The notes: generated from the sequence alone by a model not told the origin. A stretch of DNA of 25,249 nt from an uncultured archaeon (GCA_964463155.1 CAYXAY010000009.1:1-25249), one strand, 5' to 3'. Positions 6,085 through 14,872 are shown, counted from the first letter of the stretch. Program-made: numbers and translations.

Positions 6085-7800
6085 ATGATAAAAAGATTGG
6101 ATGAAAAGACAATAAATCTCATAAGTGCAGGAGAGGTCATAGAATCTCCCAGCGATATAATCAAAGAATTGATAGAAAATTCCATTGATGCCAATTCAGA
6201 TTCAATAGTCCTAAAAATAAAATCCAGTGGAATAGACTTAATAGAAATTAAAGACAATGGAGACGGCATCTCCAAAGACGACCTAGAATTATGCACTCAA
6301 AGACACACAACAAGCAAACTTGAAAAAATCGATGATCTTTATTCTATTGACACCCTCGGGTTTAGAGGAGAGGCTCTAGCAAGCATTAATGCAATCTCCC
6401 AAATGGAAATTAACACTTCTAAAACAAACAACGGCAAAGCTTATTGTCTAAATAATGAAAAGATCATAGAAACAAGTTCAACAAAAGGAACAACAATAAA
6501 AATAGAAAACATCTTTTTTAATGTCCCGGTAAGAAAAAAGTTTTTAAAATCAAAGGCAACTGAATTTTCCAAGTTATATACTACTTTTCTAGAATTTGTT
6601 ATACAATATCCAAATATAAGATTTCAGTTCATTTCGGAAAAGAAAAACGAAACTTTCCAAAAGGCCTCTCAAGAAGAAAGATTTATTCAAGTTTTTGGAA
6701 AAGACATATTAACAAAAACAAAAATAATAAATTCAAAAAAAGACTTTTTGACAATAAAAGGAATAATTACAAAACCTGATAATTATTTTTTCTATCCAAA
6801 TAATTTCCTATATATCAACAAAAGAGCAGTATACAGTACACAAATAAACAAACTCATACTAAAATGCTATAAAGATTATTTAATGATTCAGCAAAAACCT
6901 TTCTTTGTTCTTTTTATTGAATTAAACCCAAAAACCATAGACATAAATGTACATCCAAAAAAAAGGCACATAAAAATACAAAACGAATATCTGTTCAATT
7001 CCGAATTAAAAGACATAATAGAAAACACATTATTTTCTAAAGCCGCCAAAGAGACAACCGAAACAAAAACACACTATTTCTTGGACGATAAGGCGCCACC
7101 CCTTCTAAAGGACAATATTAAAGAACCAAATCATTTTCAAGACATCCAACTAGCAAGTGAAAACAAATCCACTCAAAACTATCTTTCAAATATTGAAAAA
7201 AAGAAAAAAATAACCTTAAATAACTATGAAATAAAAGAGATAATCTGCCAAATATTTGACACATTTATTGTCTGTAAAACAAACGAGGGGATATTACTTA
7301 TAGACCAGCACGCTGCAGAAGAAAGAATAAATCTAGAAAAAAACAGAATAGCTTACCTTGAGCAATTTAAAATTCAAAACCTTGTTATTCCAAAAAAACT
7401 AGATTTTATAAGTCACGCACAAAAAGAATTCATTCAAAAGAACAAGAAATTACTTAGGGCACTAGGATTTTTTATGGAAACAAAAAATGACAATATTTAC
7501 CTAACCGCGATTCCTGAGTTTTTAAAACATTACTTTGACCATCATTTCTTTTTAGAAATGCTTCAAGACATAGAAAACACAAACGATTTCGACACAGACA
7601 CAATTAAACAAAAAATACTAAAATTAAAATCTTGCAAAGAATCGATCAAGGCAAACGAGCCACTAACAATCTCTCAAATGTACCTTTTGATTGAAGAACT
7701 AGACACTTGTAAAGACAAATGGATATGCGCCCACGGAAGGCCAACGTTTCTATTGTTAAACAAAAAAGAATTAGAAAAGATGTTTAAAAGGAGTGTTTAA
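6085..7800 (+). CDS. mutL: DNA mismatch repair protein MutL, endonuclease-proficient type
   Basis: 571 aa. N-terminal GHKL ATPase (IKELIENSIDA, DNGDGI, GFRGEAL). C-terminal DQHAAEERINLE (DQHA-x2-E-x4-E, 7303-7338), SCK and CAHGRP (7726-7743) motifs, plus QNLVIP (7375-7392). Confidence 0.93.
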   Translation: MIKRLDEKTINLISAGEVIESPSDIIKELIENSIDANSDSIVLKIKSSGIDLIEIKDNGDGISKDDLELCTQRHTTSKLEKIDDLYSIDTLGFRGEALASINAISQMEINTSKTNNGKAYCLNNEKIIETSSTKGTTIKIENIFFNVPVRKKFLKSKATEFSKLYTTFLEFVIQYPNIRFQFISEKKNETFQKASQEERFIQVFGKDILTKTKIINSKKDFLTIKGIITKPDNYFFYPNNFLYINKRAVYSTQINKLILKCYKDYLMIQQKPFFVLFIELNPKTIDINVHPKKRHIKIQNEYLFNSELKDIIENTLFSKAAKETTETKTHYFLDDKAPPLLKDNIKEPNHFQDIQLASENKSTQNYLSNIEKKKKITLNNYEIKEIICQIFDTFIVCKTNEGILLIDQHAAEERINLEKNRIAYLEQFKIQNLVIPKKLDFISHAQKEFIQKNKKLLRALGFFMETKNDNIYLTAIPEFLKHYFDHHFFLEMLQDIENTNDFDTDTIKQKILKLKSCKESIKANEPLTISQMYLLIEELDTCKDKWICAHGRPTFLLLNKKELEKMFKRSV

Positions 7801-8963
7801 AATCTAACAATCCAAATATAAACAATCATCGCAATCAACAAGAAAACGCCAATCATTTCCTTAATATAATCTTTCTTTTCCCTAGCACTAATAACAATTG
7901 ATTGCGCCGTTCTGCTATTTTCCTTTTCCCCAACATTATAATATACAGTTACATCAAGTTTAGGTGTTCCAATCTCATCAATAACGATTTCAAATGGAAT
8001 TTCCTCAACAGCATATTTCTTTAAAACAGGGATTTGTCTTTTTGATAAAGTGATTTTGTTATCAAAACTAGTTTCAATAGTAACATTTTTCAAATCAGTT
8101 TCTGAAACATTCCTGACAATGATTTTTCCATCCTTTATCTCATTAATTATAACATCTTTTGGCACATCAACATAAACCTCAAGTTTGTCATTCTTTTCAA
8201 TAACCGTAATTATGTTTTGCTTAGCAAACAAAGTTTTAGTTTCTCCAAACTCGGTTGTGTATATCAATTTTGCTTGCGGTGTTGCAAAGCTTATAGTTTT
8301 ATCTGTCTTTAAATAATACTTTAAAACAACAACCTCTCCTGGCATTATTTTTCCTGAATAAGTGGTTTCCCCAGAAACAGTTTCTAAACTTGAGTTTTTT
8401 AAAAATACAGGATCAGCATATATGATATCAACATCAACAGGTCTTGCACTATTGTTTTCGGCATAGACCGCTATAGGGATTAATGTTTTTTTGTATTTGT
8501 CTGTTGTAAGTACTCTCTGGTAAAACTCTCCTTCTTTTATTTCGCCAATCACATAGGTTCCGATTGTGCTTTTATTTGATACTATTATTGATGGCAAAAC
8601 TTTGTTGTTTATACAAACTTTTAATTGATTGTTTTCTTTCAATCTTTCATTTAATTCAATCTGATTTTCCTTTAACAACCCCTCCGCAGTTATTGTTTTT
8701 TCCAACTCATTATTAAGATATATAGAAATAACTAAATCTCTTTTAACCGGTATATAGTTTTCAATAATTAAGTTAACAAACAACCTAGAGTTATCTATCT
8801 GGGTTAATTTTTTGAAGTTATAAATTTTACACAAATTAGTGTTTTCAGAAACATTAAAGTTACTATAGCCAAGAGCCGACAAACTAGTTTCATCAACCGT
8901 GTCTGCCACTACCACCCCCAGCATAGCTATTAAAATAAAGAAAATTAATATTTTTTTAAACAT
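7797..8963 (-). CDS. Secreted, C-terminally membrane-anchored protein (388 aa) with CARDB/NEW3-like beta-sandwich features
   Basis: N-terminal signal peptide (MFKKILIFFILIAMLGVVVA), C-terminal TM helix (GVFLLIAMIVYIWIV) and many N-x-S/T sequons. Segments such as GKIIVRNVSETDLKNVTIETSFDN resemble CARDB/NEW3 strands. The stop codon overlaps the mutL stop. Confidence 0.6.
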   Translation of the reverse strand: MFKKILIFFILIAMLGVVVADTVDETSLSALGYSNFNVSENTNLCKIYNFKKLTQIDNSRLFVNLIIENYIPVKRDLVISIYLNNELEKTITAEGLLKENQIELNERLKENNQLKVCINNKVLPSIIVSNKSTIGTYVIGEIKEGEFYQRVLTTDKYKKTLIPIAVYAENNSARPVDVDIIYADPVFLKNSSLETVSGETTYSGKIMPGEVVVLKYYLKTDKTISFATPQAKLIYTTEFGETKTLFAKQNIITVIEKNDKLEVYVDVPKDVIINEIKDGKIIVRNVSETDLKNVTIETSFDNKITLSKRQIPVLKKYAVEEIPFEIVIDEIGTPKLDVTVYYNVGEKENSRTAQSIVISAREKKDYIKEMIGVFLLIAMIVYIWIVRF

Positions 8964-8978
8964 AGATTTATCACTTTT

Positions 8979-9000
8979 AAATATTATATATAATATATAA
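8979..9000 (-). promoter_or_regulatory. TATA-like promoter element upstream of the 388-aa gene
   Basis: AAATATTATATATAATATATAA lies 16-37 bp upstream of the ATG at 8963. It shares the ATATTATATATA core with the other intergenic promoter regions in this window. This implies a leaderless or very short-leader mRNA. Confidence 0.4.
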
Positions 9001-9032
9001 CATTTTATTTAAATATCTTACCTTTAAGAGAA

Positions 9033-12000
9033 CTAGTAATGCCTTAGTATTTTTTGCTTTTTTTCTTCTCTTGTAAGTCTTTTAGAGGATTTTGGCCGAT
9101 AAAAGACAACTGCAATTGCTGCAATTATTCCAAAACCAGAAAGCACAATTAGTTGATAGTTGATTTTTGGTGCTTTTTTCTGATAGACAAGCAATCTTGA
9201 GTCCCTGATGACATTTAGATATTTCTTGTTTTCAAAATTTCTCCTAATCTTTAATGCCTCTTCTGTTTTGTTGTTCTTTATTTTTTCAATTTCAGTTTTA
9301 GCATCCTCTTGAAACTGCAAAAGCCCTCCACTAACAAGAATAATTTCTTTATTAAGGTCTTTTAATCTTTCCAAATTAGCAATATCAAAAGTTTCTAAGC
9401 CACTAGAATCAGAATAAGAATCAAAAACAAGGCGTTCTTTTCTAAAAGAAACAGTGTCAAGATAAGCTAGTTTCTTTTTCAATCTAAGAGCATCATCAAC
9501 CGTGATTTTTGGATAATATTTCACAGAATACAAATCCCCTAGTTTTATATCAGAATAAAGCCATTCAACCTCATTAACAATGGAAAGAATGTCTTTCTTA
9601 TTGATCTCTGAAAAATATATAAAATATCTATTTGCCTCGTCTGTTTTTTCTTTTATTTTGTTTTTGATGTCTCCTTCTATTATCGCAAACTCCTTTAAAC
9701 CATCGGGGCTAGGCCCTAATTGATTTAATTTAAAGACGGTCTCTTGATCAATAACTCCCGTGTTTTTACCAAGCGTTATCAATTCTTGAATTTTATCTTT
9801 AAAGTTAATTCCATAGTTGATTTTCTCCTTTAAAACGCGCGTCTCTATTTTCTCTTTTAATACCAACATCCTAGAATAAGCATTAAAAGTATCAGTGTAC
9901 AATAAATTCTCAATATTATTTAACTCTTTATCCTCAGCTACAGTCAAGGCGCTTTCTAAAATCTGTGAAATAAAAAGATTAATTGTATTAACTATATCAA
10001 GTCTTTTTTTGTATTCCTTCTCTAGATTAACAATGTTTGGCTCCAAAGAAAGCAAAAGATTCATTTCTTCAAGAAGATATTCCTCTTTTTGATTTAGTTT
10101 GTTAAAGACATTAAAAAATGATTTTTTGCTTTTTTCAGAAATCTCTTTAAACTCGCAATTATTCAAAACATATATCCTTGTTAACAAGTCCTGCATCTTT
10201 GCTTGCATTTCTACATTATTGATAACTACTTCCGTTTCAATTATTTTTTCTTCGCCAGCTTTATAACAAGTATTTATGCTAAGTTTTCCTGGCTTTTTAT
10301 GTCTATCAACAATTTTTTCTAAGCCATTTTCCTTAACCATTGCAACACAACCTACACAGTCTAACAATATCAAGTCCCCACACACCTCGCTACCACTAAC
10401 ATTTTTGGCCTTTAGTTTTCGATACATCACAAACTCGTTTGTTAACTTGTTTTCTAGAACAGCAACTTCAAACAAAATCCTGTAATATAAAATCCTGTTT
10501 TCTTTTTTTGTGACAAATGATACAGAACCAAAACTATTCAAATAATAATTAGTCACATCAACAATTTCTATTTGTCCAAGAAATAGCGTGCTTTTTATGT
10601 GTTCTATTGTGTTTTTCACAGTGGTTTCTAATAATGATTTATCTAGAGTCAAAGTGATAATTCTTGTGCTTATGTTTTGTTTATTGTTATATCTGATTTC
10701 AAAGTAATTCTTCCTTGTCTTTAAAGAATTCGCGCACATTTCAGTGCTACTAACCTTTAAATCACTTGTAAGGCTAACTATCTCTGAAATATTGATATCT
10801 CTTGGTACAAAACAAATGCGCCCGATATTTGTTTTGCCTGGATTTTCTATTTCTAGATAAATTTTTCCATTTTTTTCAATAATTTTATAATTCATTGACA
10901 AATTATTAGACACGCAAGAATTCCAGTAACCATTCAATTCTCCATTTATTTTTCTCAATTCCAAAAGATAAGCATCCACATCAAGAAGCACCTCATAATT
11001 TTTATGAGTTTCATAATCTTTCAATAAAGACTTGTAATCCAACAACTTAATTTCATAATTAGAATATTGACAATTATTTATTATATCGGCCACTAATAGT
11101 TTATTTTGCTTTATATAATCAAAATACAATTTTATCTTTTCATTGCCCTTAAGATTATAATTTAATTGATTTAACACATCAATACAACTTAATCCCGTGC
11201 CATAGTCAAAAAGCTTGATTATGCCTTTGCTTACAAGCAACTTATAATCTGAAATACAATCAATATCTCCAATAGCATTTTTCAAAAGATTACAATATTC
11301 TAGTTTTTCAATAGGGCTACTTGCATTTTCATAATTGCCAACTAGTTCTTTAAAGTAAAGATTATCATATTCCTTTGCAGCAACAATTATCCCTTCACAA
11401 TCATTAATTTTACTGTTAATTAATGTGTTTTCTTCTTTTTCATAAGAATTAGAGTTTAATAATTCAAGTTCAATTTCCTTTAATTTTGCAAGATAATACC
11501 CAAAACCCAATTCTTTCTTTTCAAAATAGCTTTTATACAAATAATATTTTTCTTTATTTTCTTCATCAAGATAACTAACATTTTCTGCGATTGTTTTTTC
11601 AAGTTCATGGATTTTTTGATACACTAAATCAATATCTGCATTTACCTTATTATTAAGGGTTATAAATCTCTTAAACAAAGAATCATTAGTGCCAATATGC
11701 CTATCAAACAAAATATACAAATTATAATTATCTGCCCTTGACAGATTCTCATTAATTTTTCTAAAATTTTCAAATGTTGAAAACTTAGAAAATATATAGT
11801 TTGTGGACTTGGATATTAATGGTATTTTTAGTTCCTTATCAGGATTATCTACATAATCATAATAATAAGCATAAACATCCACAAAATTAATATTAAACAT
11901 ATAAGTATTCAAAAAACCAAAATTCCTTGCAAGCTCTCTTGCCCTCTTGGCTTCGGTTTTTAAAAGCCCAATATAGCTATTGTTATTAATGCTTTCATCT

Positions 12001-12518
12001 CTAAGCTCATTCAGGTTTTTGTTTAGTAACACAAAGTCACTATAAATTTCTTCCTCACTAATCTTTTCAACTCCGTTGTTTTTCAAAAAAATAGCATAGT
12101 CTTTTATTATCTCAATACTTTTTTGCCAAGCCAGGTCTTGATAATTAAATATTCTTGATATATAAAACATCAAATTATTGGTTGCTTCAATAATCTCAAG
12201 GTCTTTACTCCCTGAACAATAATCATATATTTTCTGTATTTCAACTCGCGCCTTATTAAAATAATAAATACTGCTAGAAACATTGTTTTTATATGTTAAA
12301 ATCTTGTTTTTTATCTCAAAAGGCAATTTTTCAGAAACAACAAAACCAGCGCTATTTACTTTCTTAAAACAATCTGAGTTTTTTGAACACTCAAAGATAC
12401 TAGTGCTAGAATAATCTGATGCAGAAAGGCAAAGCTGTTTTTGTCTTGTTGTAAGGATATCAAGACAACCGCTAAGTAAAACCAATATAAATATAAAAAC
12501 AAATATCAACCATTTCAT
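9033..12518 (-). CDS. Large Cys-rich surface protein (1161 aa) with a lipobox-like signal peptide and a C-terminal TM anchor
   Basis: MKWLIFVFIFILVLLSGC (L-S-G-C lipobox-like). About 24 Cys spread along the chain. Long helical, coiled-coil-like K/E/N-rich stretches. C-terminal TM (LIVLSGFGIIAAIAVVFY) followed by a basic tail. I recognise no domain. Confidence 0.7.
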   Translation of the reverse strand: MKWLIFVFIFILVLLSGCLDILTTRQKQLCLSASDYSSTSIFECSKNSDCFKKVNSAGFVVSEKLPFEIKNKILTYKNNVSSSIYYFNKARVEIQKIYDYCSGSKDLEIIEATNNLMFYISRIFNYQDLAWQKSIEIIKDYAIFLKNNGVEKISEEEIYSDFVLLNKNLNELRDESINNNSYIGLLKTEAKRARELARNFGFLNTYMFNINFVDVYAYYYDYVDNPDKELKIPLISKSTNYIFSKFSTFENFRKINENLSRADNYNLYILFDRHIGTNDSLFKRFITLNNKVNADIDLVYQKIHELEKTIAENVSYLDEENKEKYYLYKSYFEKKELGFGYYLAKLKEIELELLNSNSYEKEENTLINSKINDCEGIIVAAKEYDNLYFKELVGNYENASSPIEKLEYCNLLKNAIGDIDCISDYKLLVSKGIIKLFDYGTGLSCIDVLNQLNYNLKGNEKIKLYFDYIKQNKLLVADIINNCQYSNYEIKLLDYKSLLKDYETHKNYEVLLDVDAYLLELRKINGELNGYWNSCVSNNLSMNYKIIEKNGKIYLEIENPGKTNIGRICFVPRDINISEIVSLTSDLKVSSTEMCANSLKTRKNYFEIRYNNKQNISTRIITLTLDKSLLETTVKNTIEHIKSTLFLGQIEIVDVTNYYLNSFGSVSFVTKKENRILYYRILFEVAVLENKLTNEFVMYRKLKAKNVSGSEVCGDLILLDCVGCVAMVKENGLEKIVDRHKKPGKLSINTCYKAGEEKIIETEVVINNVEMQAKMQDLLTRIYVLNNCEFKEISEKSKKSFFNVFNKLNQKEEYLLEEMNLLLSLEPNIVNLEKEYKKRLDIVNTINLFISQILESALTVAEDKELNNIENLLYTDTFNAYSRMLVLKEKIETRVLKEKINYGINFKDKIQELITLGKNTGVIDQETVFKLNQLGPSPDGLKEFAIIEGDIKNKIKEKTDEANRYFIYFSEINKKDILSIVNEVEWLYSDIKLGDLYSVKYYPKITVDDALRLKKKLAYLDTVSFRKERLVFDSYSDSSGLETFDIANLERLKDLNKEIILVSGGLLQFQEDAKTEIEKIKNNKTEEALKIRRNFENKKYLNVIRDSRLLVYQKKAPKINYQLIVLSGFGIIAAIAVVFYRPKSSKRLTREEKKQKILRHY

Positions 12519-12536
12519 AAAAATATTTTTGAGTGA

Positions 12537-12560
12537 AACTGCAATATAAATTCAGCAGTT
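12537..12560 (-). promoter_or_regulatory. Inverted repeat AACTGC-N12-GCAGTT enclosing a TATA-like box upstream of the 1161-aa gene
   Basis: AACTGC (12537-12542) and GCAGTT (12555-12560) are reverse complements. The 12-nt interval AATATAAATTCA is TATA-like and centred about 30 bp upstream of the ATG at 12518. Confidence 0.4.
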
Positions 12561-12570
12561 AAATATTTTT

Positions 12571-12618
12571 GTAAAAACTAGAAAAAGACACAAAGAAAAA
12601 GAAAAAACACAAAAGAAA
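12571..12618 (-). terminator. Oligo-T tract cluster after the CARF-like gene
   Basis: The minus strand reads TTTCTTTTGTGTTTTTTCTTTTTCTTTGTGTCTTTTTCTAGTTTTTAC straight after the stop. It has several T4-T6 runs, the usual archaeal termination signal. Confidence 0.45.
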
Positions 12619-12969
12619 TTAATATTTAACAATTCCTTGTGCATTTATTGTAATAATATTAAACTTGATTTTTCTTTGTAGCAATAATGCAAGAACAACA
12701 CTGTGTTCCTTTCCGCTACCAGAATGTATATTCAAGTCAAGTTCCCTAATGTCAGTAAGTATTTGCTTTTCAAGATCGCCCATAATCTCGCTAAAACCTT
12801 TTCTTGGATCAATTATTATCCAATTAATTGGTTTTGTGCAATTAAACTTGTCTTGTGCCCATTCATTTGATATAAGATAAACCTTATCATAATCAACATT
12901 ATCAATAATATGAGCAACCTGCCCCCAAGTTCCTTTTCCTGTACTTAATATTCCTAAAAATGCTTTCAT
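12619..12969 (-). CDS. Small Rossmann-like protein (116 aa), possibly a minimal CARF/SLOG-type ligand-sensor domain
   Basis: Alternating beta/alpha pattern. A Gly-rich loop follows strand 1 (GILSTGKGTWG) and a second loop follows strand 4 (DLNIHSGSGKEHSVVLALLL, 12709-12726), resembling the CARF D-x-T-G-G-x-K motif and Csa3. I prefer the ATG at 12969, preceded by GAGGTG, over the track GTG at 12978. Confidence 0.4.
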   Translation of the reverse strand: MKAFLGILSTGKGTWGQVAHIIDNVDYDKVYLISNEWAQDKFNCTKPINWIIIDPRKGFSEIMGDLEKQILTDIRELDLNIHSGSGKEHSVVLALLLQRKIKFNIITINAQGIVKY

Positions 12970-12982
12970 TTGTTCCACCTCT

Positions 12983-13306
12983 TCATACCAAATTAAATTC
13001 TTTCTTTGTCTCCTTATACAATGAAATCAATCTTTTTCCTTTCTCTGTTATGAAGTAAACTTTATTGTCATTGATGTTTATTTTCTTTACTAACTCTCTT
13101 TGTATAAGAGTTTCTAATATATTATATAATATAATATCTTTTTTAATATATGTGTATTTGGTCAAAACGGCCTTAATGTTCTGAAAATCAAAGCTATTTG
13201 TATCCAATATGTCTAAAACAGCAAGATGGTCATTAGAATTGATAACATCCAATAATTTTGGCTCATCTGCAAGCATTTTGATTAATACATCTTTATTGTC
13301 GCTCAT
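12983..13306 (-). CDS. Winged helix-turn-helix DNA-binding protein (107 aa, MarR/ArsR-like)
   Basis: LAVLDILDT..FQNIKAVL..ILYNILETLIQRELVKKININDNKVYFITEKGKRL shows the helix-turn-helix plus beta-wing pattern. It lies 15 nt after elp3 and 13 nt before the next gene. Confidence 0.55.
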   Translation of the reverse strand: MSDNKDVLIKMLADEPKLLDVINSNDHLAVLDILDTNSFDFQNIKAVLTKYTYIKKDIILYNILETLIQRELVKKININDNKVYFITEKGKRLISLYKETKKEFNLV

Positions 13307-13321
13307 ATTTATTCTGTAATC

Positions 13322-14851
13322 TTAAATATTTTTAATCATATATGGTTCTGACAGTTTATAGCCAAGTTTTCTATAATATTCCCGTACCCCAATCCCACTT
13401 ATGATCACAATCTTTCTATAGTCGTTCTCTTTTGCGATATTTTCCGCTTCTTTTAATAGAACCTTCCCAATACCCATGTGTTGTATATTTTTTTCATCAA
13501 ACTTGGTTGTTTGTCCATAAACATGTAATTCCCTAATTATTGCAGTGCTTTTACTTATTTCTTTTACAAAAGGGTTAGAAGGAAATCTAAGTCTAATAAA
13601 TCCCAACAGATAATCGTTCTTTTCTGCACAAACAAATATTTCTTTTCCACCGGAAGAAGAATATTCTTCTTTAACAATCTTATAGCCTTTGATATCTGAA
13701 AGTTGTCCCCTTGGCTCCCTGCACCTAATGCAATTGCATTTTTTTTTTCTTTTCTTTAGCTCTTCTTCAACAAGTTGCCTTAGATTGCTTTTTTTAATGC
13801 CCGCTATTATCTTTGTTGCAGGAATGTCCCTTTGTATTCTCATTATCCTAATCCACTTAGGCACCATTTCCGTTATATCTGCAATCAATTTTATTGTTTT
13901 GTCAAGATCTAAACTTTTATATTTTCCTGAATAATACATTTTTTCAAGCTTTGTTCCTGAAGTTACAAGACAAGGATAGATTTTAATCATATCTGGCTTG
14001 AAATCAGGGTTTTTAAAAACCTCTTTAAACGATTCCAAATCTTTTTGATAGTCGCTGCCAGGAAGTCCAAGCATCAAATGATACAGTACCTTAAACCCAG
14101 AGTCCTTTAGTTCTTTTGTAGCCCTTATTATTTCTTTAACAGCATGACCTCTATTGATGTTTTTTAACACCCCATCATCAATAATCTGCGCCCCGATCTC
14201 AACTCTTGTGCCTCCAAAGTCAAGAAGTTTTTTAATGGTCTCTTTATCGCAAAAATCAGGTCTTGTTTCAAACGTCATTCCAACAATTCTGTTTTTAGAA
14301 GCCATTGCCTTTTTCTTAAGTTTGTCTAAATCTTCTTCTTTAGAATTTGCAATCTCCTGCAATATTGCTTTAACAAATTTTTCTTGATATTTATTAGAAG
14401 TCGCAGGAAATGTCCCGCCCATAACAATTAACTCAATCTTATTAATGGGGTGTCCGGTAGATTCAAGTTGCTTTAATCTATCTCTTATCTGCAGTTTAGG
14501 ATCAAACTTGTTTCTTTTAGCACGCATGCTTGCAGGTTCAAAACCAGTATAGCTTCTGGGAGCATTTTTCCAATTAGGACAATATATGCATTTTCCAGGG
14601 CAATCGCCAGGGCCAGTCATTACCGCAACAACAGTAACCCCTGATTGCGTTCTTCCAGGCTTTGTTATCAAAAATTCCGGAGGCTTAGTAATTCCGAGTG
14701 TCAAAAATATGTCTGATGTCAATGGGATTTTATTAAGCCCATATTTTTTTGCAAATCTAATTTTTTTAGCTTCAAATTGTTGCTTGGTTATTTTCTTAGA
14801 TACACAGTTTTTGAAAAAATCAAAAATCCTTTTCTTGTATTTTTCATCCAT
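13322..14851 (-). CDS. elp3: Elp3-type radical-SAM / GNAT tRNA uridine(34) acetyltransferase
   Basis: 509 aa. Radical-SAM cluster motif GDCPGKCIYCP, an Elp3-like core (RVEIGAQ, MLGLPG, IYPCLV) and a C-terminal GNAT domain (IIRELHVYG....HMGIGKVLLKEAE). Confidence 0.88.
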   Translation of the reverse strand: MDEKYKKRIFDFFKNCVSKKITKQQFEAKKIRFAKKYGLNKIPLTSDIFLTLGITKPPEFLITKPGRTQSGVTVVAVMTGPGDCPGKCIYCPNWKNAPRSYTGFEPASMRAKRNKFDPKLQIRDRLKQLESTGHPINKIELIVMGGTFPATSNKYQEKFVKAILQEIANSKEEDLDKLKKKAMASKNRIVGMTFETRPDFCDKETIKKLLDFGGTRVEIGAQIIDDGVLKNINRGHAVKEIIRATKELKDSGFKVLYHLMLGLPGSDYQKDLESFKEVFKNPDFKPDMIKIYPCLVTSGTKLEKMYYSGKYKSLDLDKTIKLIADITEMVPKWIRIMRIQRDIPATKIIAGIKKSNLRQLVEEELKKRKKKCNCIRCREPRGQLSDIKGYKIVKEEYSSSGGKEIFVCAEKNDYLLGFIRLRFPSNPFVKEISKSTAIIRELHVYGQTTKFDEKNIQHMGIGKVLLKEAENIAKENDYRKIVIISGIGVREYYRKLGYKLSEPYMIKNI

Positions 14852-14872
14852 AATAAAAAAATGATTTGAGCA

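Noticed and set aside
3978-6296. Minus-strand ORFs inside mutS and the mutL 5' end (3978-4196, 4308-4493, 5009-5287, 5438-5638, 5672-5932, 6069-6296)
   Set aside because: All are short, low-complexity, Cys/Leu/Phe-rich translations antisense to strongly supported genes. They are shadow ORFs.
3616-7800. Bacterial-type mutS-mutL as evidence that the contig is bacterial or chimeric
   Set aside because: The flanking genes on both sides are unmistakably archaeal: archaeal-type tRNAs, trm56 and tfe upstream, and elp3, taw3, aEF-1alpha and rtcB downstream. By eye, composition and gene spacing are continuous across the junctions. I cannot exclude chimerism without read data.
1996-8213. Scattered GTAATTAT / ATAATTAC copies (about 1996, 4123, 5434, 5831, 6763, 8206) as extra members of the iteron family
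   Set aside because: This one-G/C 8-mer should occur several times by chance in 25 kb of AT-rich DNA. These copies show no pairing or phasing. Only the perfect palindrome and the composite doublets are treated as signal.
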